A stretch of DNA of 64,000 nt from Octopus sinensis. Taxonomy: Eukaryota. A program made the position numbers and the translations under genes. Below are positions 27,114-41,419 of this stretch, piece by piece. The notes under the pieces were generated by a model. The model had not been told where the DNA came from, searched no databases, and was given only the letters and a program-made list of their open reading frames with translations. The stretch lies in the NCBI RefSeq assembly GCF_006345805.1, contig NC_043002.1:76322001-76386000 (forward strand), given 5' to 3'. Positions within the stretch are counted from its first letter, which is position 1; each line of letters begins with the position of its first letter.

Positions 27114-27154
<41 letters not shown>

Positions 27155-27277
27155 TAAAAGGCGAAAGATTTATCCGCTTGGGGTGATTTATACGGATGTA
27201 GGATGTATATATCTGCATGTATATGTGTATGTGTGTGTGTGTGTGTATGTGTATTCTCCATAGGGAGAATTCACGCA

Positions 27278-27535
27278 TGTATGTATGTGTGCACGTGTGT
27301 ATGCATGCATCTATGTATGTATGTATGTATGTATGTATGTATGTATGTATGTATGTATGTGTGCACGTGTGTATGCATGCATCTATGTATGTATGTATGT
27401 ATGTATGTATGTATGTATGTATGTATGTATGTATGTATGTATGCATCTATGTATGTATGTATGTATGTATGTATGTATGTATGTATGTATGCATCTATGT
27501 ATGTATGTATGTTATTTATGTTGTATGCATCTATG

Positions 27536-27569
<34 letters not shown>

Positions 27570-28378
27570 TGTATGTATGTATGTATGTATGTATGTATGT
27601 GTGCACGTGTGTATGCATGCATCTATGTATGTATGTATGTATGTATGTATGTATGTATGTATGTATGCATCTATGTATGTATGTATGTATGTATGTATGT
27701 ATGCATCTATGTATGTATGTATGTATGTATGCATCTATGTATGTATGTATGTATGTATGTATGTATGTATGTATGTATGTGTGTGTATGTATGTATGTGA
27801 GTATGTATGTATGTATGTATGCATGTATGTATGTATGTATGTATGTATGTATGTATGTATGTATGTATGTGTGTATGTATGTATGTGAGTATGTATGTAT
27901 GTATGTGTGTATGTATGTATGTATGTATGTATGTATGTATGTATGTATGTATGTATGTTTGTATGTATGTGTGTATGTATGTATGTATGTATGTATGTAT
28001 GTATGTATGTATGTGTGTATGTATGTATGTGAGTATGTATGTATGTATGCATGTATGTATGTATGTATGTATGTATGTATGTATGTATGTATGCATGTAT
28101 GTATGTATGTATGTATGCATGTATGTATGTATGTATGTATGTATGTGTGTATGTATGTATGTGAGTATGTATGTATGTATGTTTGTATGTATGTATGTAT
28201 GTATGTATGTATGTATGTATGTATGTATGTGTGTATGTATGTATGTATGTATGTATGTATGTGTGTATGTATGTATGTGAGTATGTATGTATGTATGTAT
28301 GCATGTATGTATGTATGTATGTATGTATGTATGTATGTATGCATGTATGTATGTATGTATGTATGTATGTATGTATAC
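27278..28378. repeat. 1.1-kb (TATG)n array with higher-order variant units
   Basis: Direct reading; source of the 568-aa pseudo-ORF. Confidence 0.95.
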
Positions 28379-29334
28379 AGAAACAACGATAGAGAGAGAG
28401 ATCTTTTTCTTTCTCTTACCTCTCTTCTTTCGTTCTGTTATAACTGTTTATTTCTCTTTGACCGCCTCGTTTCGTTACATACATCTTTTAATATCTCTCT
28501 TTCTATTCTCTCTCTCTCTCTCTCCCTCTCTCTCTCCCTCTCTCTCTCTCCTCTCTGCCCCCTTCTCTCCCACTCTCTCTCATTACATGTCTTCACTTTC
28601 TTTCACTGTCCATTTCTCTCTCTCTCTCTCTCTCTCTTTCCCTCATTCCTTTCTCTCCTCCTCCCCCTCCCCCCTCTCTCTCTCTCTCACTCTTATTCAC
28701 TCTTCCTTTTTCAAAACCCAAAGCACACAGTACAAAAACCGTTGCCATATTCTCCCGTCGTCGTCACCACCACCACAACCTCATCCACCTCCACCTCCAC
28801 CACATTCACCACCGCCACCACCATCACAATATTTACTTCCATCGAAAGCTGTCTGCTGACCGAAGAGCTTATTAAACCATACGGAATTAAACCACACATG
28901 ATTGATTAAGCATGACGAAAGGAGCTTTCACAATTACAGCTGAGTTTGTTCGCCTGAACATGTCTGACAAGCAAGTTGTAACCAATGAAGCTTAATCTCT
29001 CCTCTCTCTCTCTATCTCACTCTCTCTCTCTCTCTCTCCCACTGTCTTCCCCAAACTCTCTATCTATCCATGCATCTCTCCAGCTATCTATCCATCTATA
29101 TCTATCGATCTGCATTTCACACACCGTCCTATATCAGGCTCTCTCCATCTCTCTCTCTCTCTCTATCTATATAATATATATATATATATAAAATACTATT
29201 ATATAGATTATATATATTATATATATATATATATATATACATATATATACATATATATATATACATATTATACATATATACATATATATTATATACATAT
29301 ATACATATATATATACATATATACATATATATAT

Positions 29335-29387
<53 letters not shown>

Positions 29388-29402
29388 CATATATATACAT
29401 AT

Positions 29403-29449
<47 letters not shown>

Positions 29450-29694
29450 GTGTGTGTATCTATATATGTATATATATTTCTCTCGTTCCCGCCAACTCCA
29501 CTCCACTCTCAATATGTCGGTGGACAAATGGCGGTATTTATGCCTATAGAACATCACACAGTTAAGCAAACCAACTGAAGAATATTCAATGGACGGATAA
29601 TTCCGCTTGCAGGTGGAATTTTATGGTTTTATCAGTGATTTTGGGTGAACAGATTGATAAAAGACTGTTGCATTTACGTGTAGGTTCTTGTGTT

Positions 29695-30525
29695 AGTGTG
29701 TGCATGTCTGTGTGGGCCTGTGCTACGCCCTATCTGTGTGTGTGTGTGTGTGCGTGCGTGCGTGCGTGTGTATGTTTGTATGTGTACCTGTGTGCGCATG
29801 CATGTATGTGTGTACGTGTGTGTGTATGTATGTGCATCTATGTTTGTGTGTGCATGTGTGTGTGTACCTTTGTGTGCGCATGTGTGTTTATATGTATGTG
29901 TGCGTGTGTGTGCATGTGTATGTGTACCTTTGTGTGCGCATGTGTGTGCGCATGTGTGTGTATATGTATGTGTGCATGTGTGTGTATATGTATGTGTGTA
30001 TATGTATATGTGTGTGTATGTTTGTATGCGCATGTGTGTATATGTGAGTGTGTCTGTTTGTGTGCGCATGTGTGCATATGTATGTGTGTGTATGTTTGTG
30101 TGCGCAAGTGTGTGTATATATATGTGTGCGTGTGTATGTAAATGTATGTGTATGTTTGTGTGCACATGTGTGTGCATACGTGTGTGTGTATCTTTGTGTG
30201 CGCATGCGTGCATATGTATATATGTGTATGTTTGTGTGCACATGTGTGTGCATATGTGTGTGTGTATCTTTGTGTGCGCATGCGTGAGTATGTATGTGTG
30301 TGTGTGTGTTTGTGTGCGTATGTGTGTATATGTGTGTTCGTGTGTGTGTGTTTGTGTGCACTTGCGTGTGTATATGGGTGCGCGTGTGTATGTCTCTGTG
30401 TGTGTATGTATGTGTGTGTGTTTGTATGCGCATGTGTGTATATGTATGTGTGTGTTAGTGTGTGCCTGTGTGTATATGTGTTTGTGTGTGTATGTGTGTG
30501 TATGTGTGTGTGTGTGTGTGTGTGT
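29695..30525. repeat. Degenerate (GT)n / purine-pyrimidine alternating field
   Basis: Direct reading. Confidence 0.95.
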
Positions 30526-30529
30526 GGTA

Positions 30530-30930
30530 TTCTTCTATTCTACTTGCTTCAGTCATTAGACTTCGCGAATTTTCGTTGAATGAATCGATCCCATGTGCTT
30601 ATTTTTTCAAAGCCTGGTACTTATCCTATCGGTCTCTTTTGCCAAACCTCTACGGTACGCGGACGTAAACACACCAACACCGGTTGTCAAGTAGTAGTGG
30701 TGGTGGGACAAACACAGACACAAACACACACATACACTCACACACATACACATATATATATATACATATATACGACGAGCTTCTTTCATTTTCCGTCTAC
30801 TAAATCCATTTACAAGGCTCGAATCTGCCCGAAGCTAGAGTAGAAAACACTTGCCCAAGGTATCATGCAGTTGGATTGAACCCGGAGCCATGTGATTGGG
30901 AAGCAAACTTCTTACCACACAACCACCGTG
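30530..30930 (-). mobile_element. SINE family A
   Basis: Similarity to 3791-4382. Confidence 0.85.
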
Positions 30931-31798
30931 TCTATATCTTGGACTCTCAGATAAATTCATTCCTGCTTTTTTTTCCTTTGTTTTCCATTCATTTTAATCC
31001 TTTTAAATGCTATTTGAATAAACACGAAAAATATTTTTATTGTAGTGCTTTATAATTTTTTTCCTTGATTTCTATTTTTTTTTCTTCTTTTTTGTGGTTC
31101 TATTCTTTCTCAATGACTTTTGTCTCGTTTTTGAAATTGGAATAAATTTTACATCTTTACAGACGTATAACCATGAAGTGCTAACAAAGTTTTCTGACAA
31201 TCCAATGTTGTGTGTGTGTGTGTGTGTGTGACGTTGCACACCTGTATCTGTTTGACTGAGTGAGTAATCTACGTATGTGGAAGCGAGTGGTTTAGCGGTT
31301 AGGATGTTGGCCGTATAATCGTAAGATTGTGATTTCGACTGCTGAGCCGGGTGATGCATTGTGCTCTGGAGCAAAACACTTCATTTCACGTGGTTCCAGT
31401 CCACTGAGTATTCCTGAGGTTGACCGACGTCCCATGCTGCGAAGAGTTATGTATGCCAGAGAATCCGGGAAACCGGTCCTACGAGTGTGTATGGCTTGAG
31501 AAGGAGCTACATCCTATTTTTTTTTCATGAGTATGCTAGTTTCTGATTAATCATAACTATAAAAATAAAAATATAAGTGGTGTGCTGATGAAACGGTTTG
31601 CCCCGTCAACCCAGGTTGAACAAAATGAACTTTCATTCCTATCTCTTCCAGCATCGATAAAGAAAATACCAGTTGCATATTGGGGCTAGATCGAACGATT
31701 TTATTTTTCTATACCAACATCCTTTACATAACAGTTATATCTTTGTTTGCTTGTTTGTTTTTCTTTTTGTTTTCTTAGGTTTTTCTCTTTGACTATGT

Positions 31799-31970
31799 AG
31801 GTGTAGGAGTGGCTCTGTGGTAAGTCGCTTGCTTACGAACCACATGGTTCCAGGTTCAGTCCTACTGCTTGGCACATTGAACAAGTGTCTTCTACTATAG
31901 CCTCGGGCCGACCAAAGCCTTGTGAGTGGATTTGGTAGATGGAAACTGAAAGAATCCCGACGTATATATA

Positions 31971-32031
<61 letters not shown>

Positions 32032-32256
32032 GGTGGCATATGTTTGTCTGTGTTTGCCCCCCCCCCCCGATCGTTTGACAACCGATGCTGGTGTGTTTAC
32101 GTCGCCCTAACTTAGTGATTCGGCAAAAGAGACCGATAGAATAAGTACAAGGCTTACAAAGAACAAGTCCTGGGGTCGACTTGCTCGACTAAGGGCGGTG
32201 CTCCAGCATAGCCGCAGTCAAATGACTGAAACAAGTAAAAGAGTAAAAAGAGAGTA
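31799..32256 (+). mobile_element. Full-length SINE family A
   Basis: GGAGTGGCTCTGTGGTAAG...GGTTCAGTCC...internal (TA)n...GACTGAAACAAGTAAAAGAG. Confidence 0.9.
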
Positions 32257-32367
32257 AGTAAGATTAAGAAGTTTGCTACACAGTTCTGGGTTCGATTCCA
32301 ACGTGCAACAACGTGTGTGTATTTTTTAGTCTACATTTGTACCTATATTTTGTCACAAAGAATTATT

Positions 32368-32588
32368 ACGAGGAGGTGCTGGAAAGTGTTCTGGCTTTAA
32401 GGGTATCACGAAGGGCCTGGTCGGAGGCCCAACCTTCCGAGTTTTTTTGACAAGGCTTAGAAAACTTAAAGACTGCTGCAATAAGTGTGTGAATCTGAGA
32501 AGGGAATATTTTGAATAAAATCATAATTAACTGATCCTCCTGTATTTTCTTTTACTCAAAGCCAGGAACTTTTCAGCACCGCCTCCTA
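32368..32588 (+). mobile_element. Mariner-derived MITE
   Basis: TIRs cgaggaggtgctggaaag..ctggcttt / aaagccaggaacttttcagcaccgcctcc with TA flanks; transposase-end remnant LKDCCNKCVNLRREYFE*. Confidence 0.8.
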
Positions 32589-33200
32589 TCTTTTCGATAA
32601 ATAAAAGAACGATAAGAAAAAAATATGTACCAGATTTAAATACAGTGTTAGGGCTGATATGATCGACTAAAACATCCGAAGGCGTTTCCCCAGCATGGTA
32701 ACGGTTGAATAACGACCGAGAGCAGTAAAAGAGGAAACGAATTTTATTACATACAAAAACCCGTTTATATTCTGTAATAAACGCAGTCCTTAGACAGCAA
32801 AAGTGACAACAACAGGAATAGCCTGAGAATAACCAACGCATAAACTGAACAGACTAGCCGAACGATTCATCGATCCATGTCCAGAAACAAAACATCGATC
32901 GCAACCAATATATCACTATGTTCTTTGCCTAAGAATTTATCTAATTACCTCCCACTATTTCTGCTCTCTAATTGTTAACTTTTTTCCCTTCATTACTATA
33001 TTTTCTCACATTCACATCCAGAAGTATATCGCCATATCCATCTCTGCCTGCAAGTTTTCGGTCGAATTACTCCGCATCCTTTCCCTTGTCTATTTAACAA
33101 ACTCTTTCTCTTTCCAAATCTCTCGCATTCTATCCTTTCTTTCTCTTTCTCTCTCTCTCTCTCTCTCTTGCTCTCTTTCTCTCTCTCTCTCTCTCTCTTG

Positions 33201-33233
<33 letters not shown>

Positions 33234-33554
33234 TTCTGTCTCTTTCTCACACACACAAACACACGCATGAATGAAAAAGTACGTTTGTATCGATAGGAAT
33301 CAGTGTCTCGTTCTTCCTTTGTTTTGGGGGTTTTCTTTTACCTGCTTCCTTGGCCATCAATTTAGAACAAATTTCGAAATCTAAATTAATTTAATGAATG
33401 CGCTTAAACCTCTGATGATAACCCTAGTAAAATTATCACGCGCGCGCATTGGATATATGACGGCCTTTGGTTACATTTGATGCTATTGTGATTCTTCGTA
33501 CATTTGGTATGCCACAGGAGTTGTCCGTTACTGCTACGAATATACATATTGTTG

Positions 33555-33910
33555 GCATTCTTTTGTCTCGGGCGACAATAGAGTTGCGCATAAAATCCAG
33601 TTTTGCGCAGGCCTGGACTAGATGTAAGAAAATCCTGGGTAACCCAATCGTCAGGCTTCCTCTCTCACTCGACCTTGCTGACGTAGTCCAAAGGAGAGCA
33701 AGACATTACGTTTGGCACTAGCTTGGTTGCAGGAGCTGCCGGAAGAGTGTTGAGTCGAACACTAAACCGCCTACGGGGCTCCACTCCGGATTTCTTTGAA
33801 GGTTGTCTCTTTTCCGTAACCCTGGATAGGGGCCCATACCGAGTACTGTCAGCCGGAGCCAGCTGAGGCCGCGATTCGTGTCGGGCAGGGCCGTCACTCC
33901 CTGAAGTAGT
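33555..33910 (-). mobile_element. Probable RTE-derived non-coding repeat (5' UTR-like / SINE body)
   Basis: Segment gacgtagtccaaagga...acgtttggcac.agcttgg.tgcaggag.tgccggaag resembles RTE-associated repeats (from recall, unverified). Confidence 0.4.
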
Positions 33911-34266
33911 GAAGAAAGTCGCTACCCACTACCATACATGAAGAAAGAAATAATCCTAATAAGACAAAGAAATCCTTTAACACATCTTTAATGGTTCTGT
34001 AGAAACTCTGTTGCAACGCCAGTTTACACAAAAAATCAAAGCGAAATTTGCGTAATGTCTGCGGTTTTAGACATTGGAGTAGTACTTCATTAGACTTGCA
34101 TCGAAGTTATGCTCTTACATTGGCACAAATTTTTACCGTCGTGAAACCAGGATTTCCTACACTTGATGAATTTCGGTATTAGTCTGGAAATGGCGCTTCC
34201 CTGGATATACCCTACTTTTATACCCCAACCAGAACCTACGATTTAGAAATATATCTACATGATATT

Positions 34267-34645
<379 letters not shown>

Positions 34646-34794
34646 TAAGTGGCTCTCTTTTTTCTTTCGCTTTTTTTTTTCCTTTTGGTAGGTAGATAGA
34701 TAGATGGATGGATGGATGGATGGATAGGTAGGTAGGTAGGTAGGTAGAGGGAAAGCGAAAGAGAGACATACATATATATAGAAACACATATATG

Positions 34795-34835
<41 letters not shown>

Positions 34836-34921
34836 TTATATATATATATATCTATATATAAATGTGCGTATATATAAATAATATATATATATTTACGTGT
34901 GTGTTTGTTTGTGTGTATGTA

Positions 34922-35255
34922 ACCCGAATAGAATAATCCAAGGATAAGAGGCTCTAATTTCAGTGTTAGTATAATAAAAAGAAAATAAACGGAAAATCTC
35001 TCCGGAAAAACAAACACTAGAGATACAAATTTTATATCAGTTCAACGCTGAGAGGAAGACAAGGAATGACTAATGTACTACGTTTCGGATAATGGCCTTT
35101 CATCAAAGGAAATGAATGCAGGAGGATTCTTCGTTACTGGTTTTACTGAAACTGTTTTAAGCTAAAATTGCTCTGTGTATATAGGTTTATAAGGTAAAGG
35201 TCCAAGTTCTGATTGGTTGCAAATCTAAGTCCATATTTAAGTGACGTCATTGAAT
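34922..35255 (-). mobile_element. PLE pLTR remnant with a decayed hammerhead
   Basis: Minus (t)tgatga-aagg-ccatta-tcc-gaaacgta at 35074-35110, with CCAAT and TATA-like motifs upstream. Confidence 0.55.
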
Positions 35256-35264
35256 TTAAACCCA

Positions 35265-35448
35265 GAACCAACTATATGGTTCCAGATTGAGTCCCACTGT
35301 GTCTTCAACAATACCCAGAGCTGACCAAAACTTTGTGAGTAGATTTGTCAAACAGAACTTGAAAGAAGCCCGATATATATATATATATATATATAATATA
35401 TGCATGTTATAATATAATGTTATATATATGTATATATGTGTAATATAC

Positions 35449-35479
<31 letters not shown>

Positions 35480-35498
35480 GTGTATATATATGTATGTA

Positions 35499-35538
<40 letters not shown>

Positions 35539-35543
35539 TATAT

Positions 35544-35584
<41 letters not shown>

Positions 35585-35992
35585 GTATGGTATGTATGTA
35601 TGTATGTATGTATGATGTATGTAGTATGTATGTATGTATGTATAAGTGATAAAAAGAGAGATTAGATTGAACAACCACGCTTTATTGCATATTATTAAAT
35701 TTGTTTCATCTATTTTACCAGCAGATAATTGCTAAAATACTATCATATGATAAATACATTAAATCTGCTATGTAGCGTCCATATTATTCCAACAACAGCA
35801 TCAAATGAAAATTCCGCTGGTGTGTTTGTGTGTATTTTTTACGTTCCCGTAACTTAGTGGTTTGTCATGAGAGGCGATAAAATAAGTACCAGGCTTGAAA
35901 GAAAAAAAAAACAATGAGGTCGATTCGTTTGACAAAACTTTTCAAGGCAATGTGCCTCGTCAAGGCTGCAGTCCAGTAACTAAAACAAGTAA
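35265..35992 (+). mobile_element. Diverged SINE family A split by an expanded internal microsatellite
   Basis: Head part 35265-35372 and tail part 35815-35992. Confidence 0.65.
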
Positions 35993-36479
35993 CGGACGAG
36001 GAAGATAGTATTGTGCTAGTAGTTTCCTTTGTTTTCAGTCGATCAATCGATCGATTGATAAAATATTGAACCATCAACGCACCCAAATACATATCTGAAA
36101 CAGCTGTAAGTAATTTTTTTTTTTAATGGGGAAATAACCTGTTATTTCTCTCTAACGTAGCTAGCCCCTCCTTTGAAAAACAGGTACAACTCATTTTTGT
36201 CAGCTGAGTAGACTGGAGCAACATAAAAATAAAGTGTATTACTTAAGGACACAATGCGAGGTCGGGATCGAACTCACGACTTTATAGTCCAATCGTGAGC
36301 CGAATGCCCCTAACCACTATGCCATGTGCCTTCACTGCTTGCCTTTCAGAACTGAATAGGATAATGTTTTCTGTAACAGCTTTTATTCCCCTTATTTATT
36401 TATTTATTTATACATACATTTATTTATTTATACATACATTTCTTTATTTATACATAAATTTATTTATTTATTTATTCAT

Positions 36480-36882
36480 TCTTTTATTATTTTACTTATT
36501 TCAGTCATTTTGATTGCGGCCATGCTGGAGCACCACCTTTTGGCGAATAAATCGACCACAGGACTTATTCTTTGTAAGCCTAGTACATATTCTATCGGTC
36601 TCTTTTGCCAAACCGCTAAGTTACGGGAACGTAAACACATCAACATTTGTTGTGAAGTGATGGTGGTGGGGGGGGGGCAACACAGACACACAAATACACA
36701 TATGTATATATATACGGCGGGGTTCTTTAAGTTTCCATCTATGAAATTCATTCACAAGGCTTTGTTTGGCCCGAGGCTATTGTAGAAGACACTCACTCAC
36801 CCAAGGTGACACGCAGTGGGACTGAACCCGGAAATATGTGATTGGGAAGCAATCTTCTTATCACACAGCCACTCGTGCGCCA
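36480..36882 (-). mobile_element. SINE family A
   Basis: Similarity to 3791-4382. Confidence 0.9.
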
Positions 36883-37144
36883 ATTCACACAGCTACTCCT
36901 ACGCCATATTTATCTATTTATTTATTCATTTATCTATTTATTTATTTATTGTTCACCCTTAATGGTCGTAGCACGCATTGCTGACATTTCGTTATTATGC
37001 ATTTGTAGATCATAGCACAAAGTCGACCGCCATGTTAACTATTTCATCAAGTCATTGGGGGGTAGGTCGGGTTGGGGCAGGTGGGACGAAATATTGTCAT
37101 TTTCGTGTCATCCACCTGCTCCTACACATAATCATCACCATCAC

Positions 37145-37176
<32 letters not shown>

Positions 37177-37611
37177 ACATCAACAACAACTACAACAACA
37201 AAGCTCAAAACAAGCAACATTACGATATAAGCGTATACATGCAAAAGATACACGAGACACAGTCGAGGGAACACCCACGCTTATAAAAAATGTGAACAGT
37301 CATATGCCTCTGAGCGCGTGCGCACCTCGGGGGGGGGGGGGTAGGCTGGGGGTGTGTGAGTACTTGTAGGCGTATGTATTTGTAAATTCAGATACAGGCA
37401 CGCAAGAAACTACACAGAAACACGTTTGCTGGACAATAAGCAATAGGTTTGCTCATTTGCATACCATGATATACGTTGGAGATATCTATTAATTAACAAA
37501 ATTAGCCAATATTTCTGGTTATGTGCGTGTGTGTGCATGTGTGTGTACGCGTGTGTGTGCATGCGTGTTTGTATGTATGTATGTATGTATATATATATAT
37601 ATGTATGTGTG

Positions 37612-37656
<45 letters not shown>

Positions 37657-37673
37657 GTATGTATATGTGTATG

Positions 37674-37704
<31 letters not shown>

Positions 37705-37711
37705 GTGTATG

Positions 37712-37768
<57 letters not shown>

Positions 37769-37932
37769 TTTATTGCGTGTGTGGTATGTGAATTTATAGA
37801 AAAACAAAAAACGAAGATAGGTGTATGAATAACAAGCAGGTCTATTAGTTTGACGCTTTGATATATGTACATATATATATATCGAACTCCTCTTTACACT
37901 GTTTTACTCTATATTATATATATATATATATG

Positions 37933-37988
<56 letters not shown>

Positions 37989-37989
37989 A

Positions 37990-38898
37990 TATATATATAA
38001 AAGTGAGTTGTGTGAGTGTCTGTTCCTACGATTTAGATTCCTAACTATTCCCTCATGTTGCGGTGCAGTTTAACCAAATTCGGGTATCTTATAGTCGTGA
38101 TTCATATCGAGCCCGTCTGGGTATTAGCGCGCGTCTACGATGAGTCTACGATATTAAAAATAATTTACCATAATTTTTTTTCCATTTTAACGCATATTTT
38201 TTCGTGTGTCGATGGCGGCGGAGTTGGCGTCCATGCTCACACCAGCACCTGTGTTGCTTCTCTCCCTTCTTCCCTCCCTCGTGAAGCTGTGGGGAAGGGA
38301 GTGTAAGGAAATCAACGTAGTAAAGCGTTGTCAAGGAGACCAGCGTTCTTTTAGAACAACGACTTAATGGCTTGAAGTCGCCAAAACAGAAATCGCTAAA
38401 AAAGCTGAAACAGATCCACAAAAACGGCAAAAACCGCCACACAGGGCAGGTTTCCTGTGCAAACAATTTGCACAACCGAATGTTTTAGCTGTTGCACATA
38501 TCTTTATATATAAAAGTGAAGTTGTGTGTCTGTCTCCTACGATTTAGATTCCTAACTACTACCACATTTTGCGATGTAGTTTAACCAAAACCGGGTATCT
38601 TATAGTCGTGATTCATATCGAGCCCTTCTGGGTATTAGCGCGCATCTACGATGAGTCTACGATTTAAATAATAATTTACCATCATTTTTTTCCATTTTAA
38701 TGCATTTTTTTGCTATTATATAAGGGAAGTAACTCTCTAAAAATGTCTACGATGAGTCAACGATTTTAAAAAAATTTACTATAATTTTCTTTTCCATTTT
38801 TAATGCATTTTTTTGCTATTTTTTGGCTATAACTCTCTAAAAATGCTTATATAGTTATTTCCCTTACAAACCCGAGCAGCGCCGGGCGATACTGCTAG
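37990..38898 (+). mobile_element. Non-autonomous Helitron (38501-38898) preceded by a related copy sharing its 5' 200 bp
   Basis: A|TC start, 3' hairpin cccg-agcagcgc-cggg, CTAG|T end; 37990-38200 duplicates 38505-38715; internal subrepeat tctacgatgagtc.acgat. Confidence 0.8.
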
Positions 38899-38903
38899 TA
38901 TAC

Positions 38904-38937
<34 letters not shown>

Positions 38938-39275
38938 ATATATACATATATTTATAAATATACAAAATGTCTTCGGATCATCCTTGCTGAGTCGAAGCGG
39001 AAGTAACCTGACTGGACCAATGACAGCAGTAACATCTACAATATGGCGTCGAGGATGCTGACGCTGCTGGTACTGTGGCTGATGGTTATAAACGCACTCT
39101 TTTCCGTGTGTGTGTGTATACATATATATATATTTCATTATCTGAAAGATAATATATATATATATATATATATATTTATATCACAAACAGATGTACATGT
39201 ACACACACACACACACACACATCCCTACATATATATATGCAAGTATTTTCCTAGTCTCTCTTCTCTCTTTTCCCT

Positions 39276-39318
<43 letters not shown>

Positions 39319-40176
39319 CTATCTATCTTCTCTGCCACTCTTGTTCCCTTCTTCTTTCTTTCTTTCATTCTTTCTTTCTTTCTTTCTGTCTTTCTTTCGT
39401 TCACCCTCTCATTCTCTTCACCATTTTGTATAGTTTCTGTCTAGCACTCCGTTATTATTATTATTTTGTTGTTTTAACGTAACGTCAGTTTCTCTTCATC
39501 TCTAAGCTGTACGGGGCGGAAGCAGTAGCGGTAGTGTTAGATGGATTCTGAGAGTGTAGCAGAGGATAGCAAGATAGATGAGATAATCCCACATGCTCAT
39601 TATTTATTCATTACACACCTGAAATGGAATTAGTCGTTCTTCATCATAGATATATTGGCCGTGTTCTTTGAAGGGATTAACTTGTCCACTCCGTATCTGC
39701 GCATGTTTGTGTTTGTCTTCTGAGCGTATACGCGTTCGTGCGCATCAGTATGTATGTGTGTATATGTGTGTGTATTTAGTGAACCAAATACTGACTGACA
39801 GCGAGCGTCTCATTTGCATAAACTGTCACGTGTCACGTGTCAATTTCATTGTCAGTCAAAGAGAGGTCTCTCTCTAAAGATCATAGAGTGGTGACAGCGG
39901 GGTCTGGGCTACGACTCGGGAGAAAGAGATGAAGATATGAGAGGATGGGATAATATGGTCAGAGTGATACAGAGAGAGGGAACTTAAGATGAAGTGTGGA
40001 AGAGGGGGGTCTGGTTCTGGACTAATGTAAACTAGGAAATACGATGAGAGATAGCTAGAATACATAGTTAAGTATGCATACAAACGGACATACTAATGCA
40101 TCTATGTGTGTACATGCAAATGTGTGTATGTGTCTGTGTGTATATATAAAGATATGTATATATAAAGATAAGATAT

Positions 40177-40235
<59 letters not shown>

Positions 40236-41213
40236 CTGATGTCTATCTATTGTATTTATGTATGTATTGTTATGTGTATGTATAAACGAACCAACAACAC
40301 GTCGAAATTAATGTATATACATTATCATAACCTTACATGATTTATATTTCCTTTCCTGAATTGTATCCATGGTGCTAGCGGGAGTGTATAATTATAATTA
40401 CACATACATACGTCGCCTTTATCAGCAGGTGATAGAGCAAAATATTAGGGTTATCTGCTTTGATATACGCCAGTGTTACTTCAATTTTAAATATTGCTGG
40501 CGTCTACCGAGGTCAGAATATACGAAGAGAATTCAACGTTATTTCTATGTTTATAAAGTCTCCACACTTAAAACTGATCAGTCTTACATGATTATGTAAC
40601 CAAACCATTTCGTCAGGCATTTTGAATAGTTAACAGAAAAAAATTGATTTGGTTGATAGTGAAATAGATAGGCTTCAATCTAACTGGATGAAACCATGTG
40701 TGTCTGTGACCAGGTCATATGAATGAATGAATGAATGAATGAATACTAGAAAACATTTGCAGTTGTTTGTTTTGACAAGTCATCGGCGAGCGCTTCATAT
40801 TACACCAAGCCAACTGCGAAAGCAGTGCAGAAAGGGGAAAATGCGCTTGCTCTTGTGTTGAACTATCGCTCCTCCTCTTCCTCCTCTTCCTCCTCAATAC
40901 ACGTATAGACCTAGGTTTGTATCTGTGAGCGTGTGGTCAAGGTTATATGCATGCATGTGTCCTGTGCACATGTGTATCTGTTACGAGCGTATATATGCTC
41001 TTGTGTATATGAGTGTGTATGGGTGCTTGAAATCTTGTACGACTTTTTCAACCTTTTCATGCATGTATTTATATATACATATTAACATACACACACCACA
41101 CATATATACATACATATACATATATACATACATATACACATACATACATATATACATACATAGATATACATATATACATACATATATACATACATACATA
41201 TACATACATATAC

Positions 41214-41293
<80 letters not shown>

Positions 41294-41419
41294 TAAGACT
41301 TGTTTTATTTATATTTCCTGAGCGCCATACTAATACAATTGTTCGTTTGTTTTCCACCACCTGCCTTCGTCTTTTGTTTATTTTCATAAAGCTTCCCGTT
41401 ATATATATATATATATATA

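Noticed and set aside
27203-28909. 568-aa ORF and similar YVCM/HTYI/IYLS/CVCV ORFs throughout
   Set aside because: Translations of (TATG)n, (GATA)n, (GT)n and (TA)n repeats that lack stop codons by construction
28845-28930. ctgaccgaagagc...gacgaaag ribozyme-like stretch
   Set aside because: Core spacing is wrong and no consistent three-stem fold is possible
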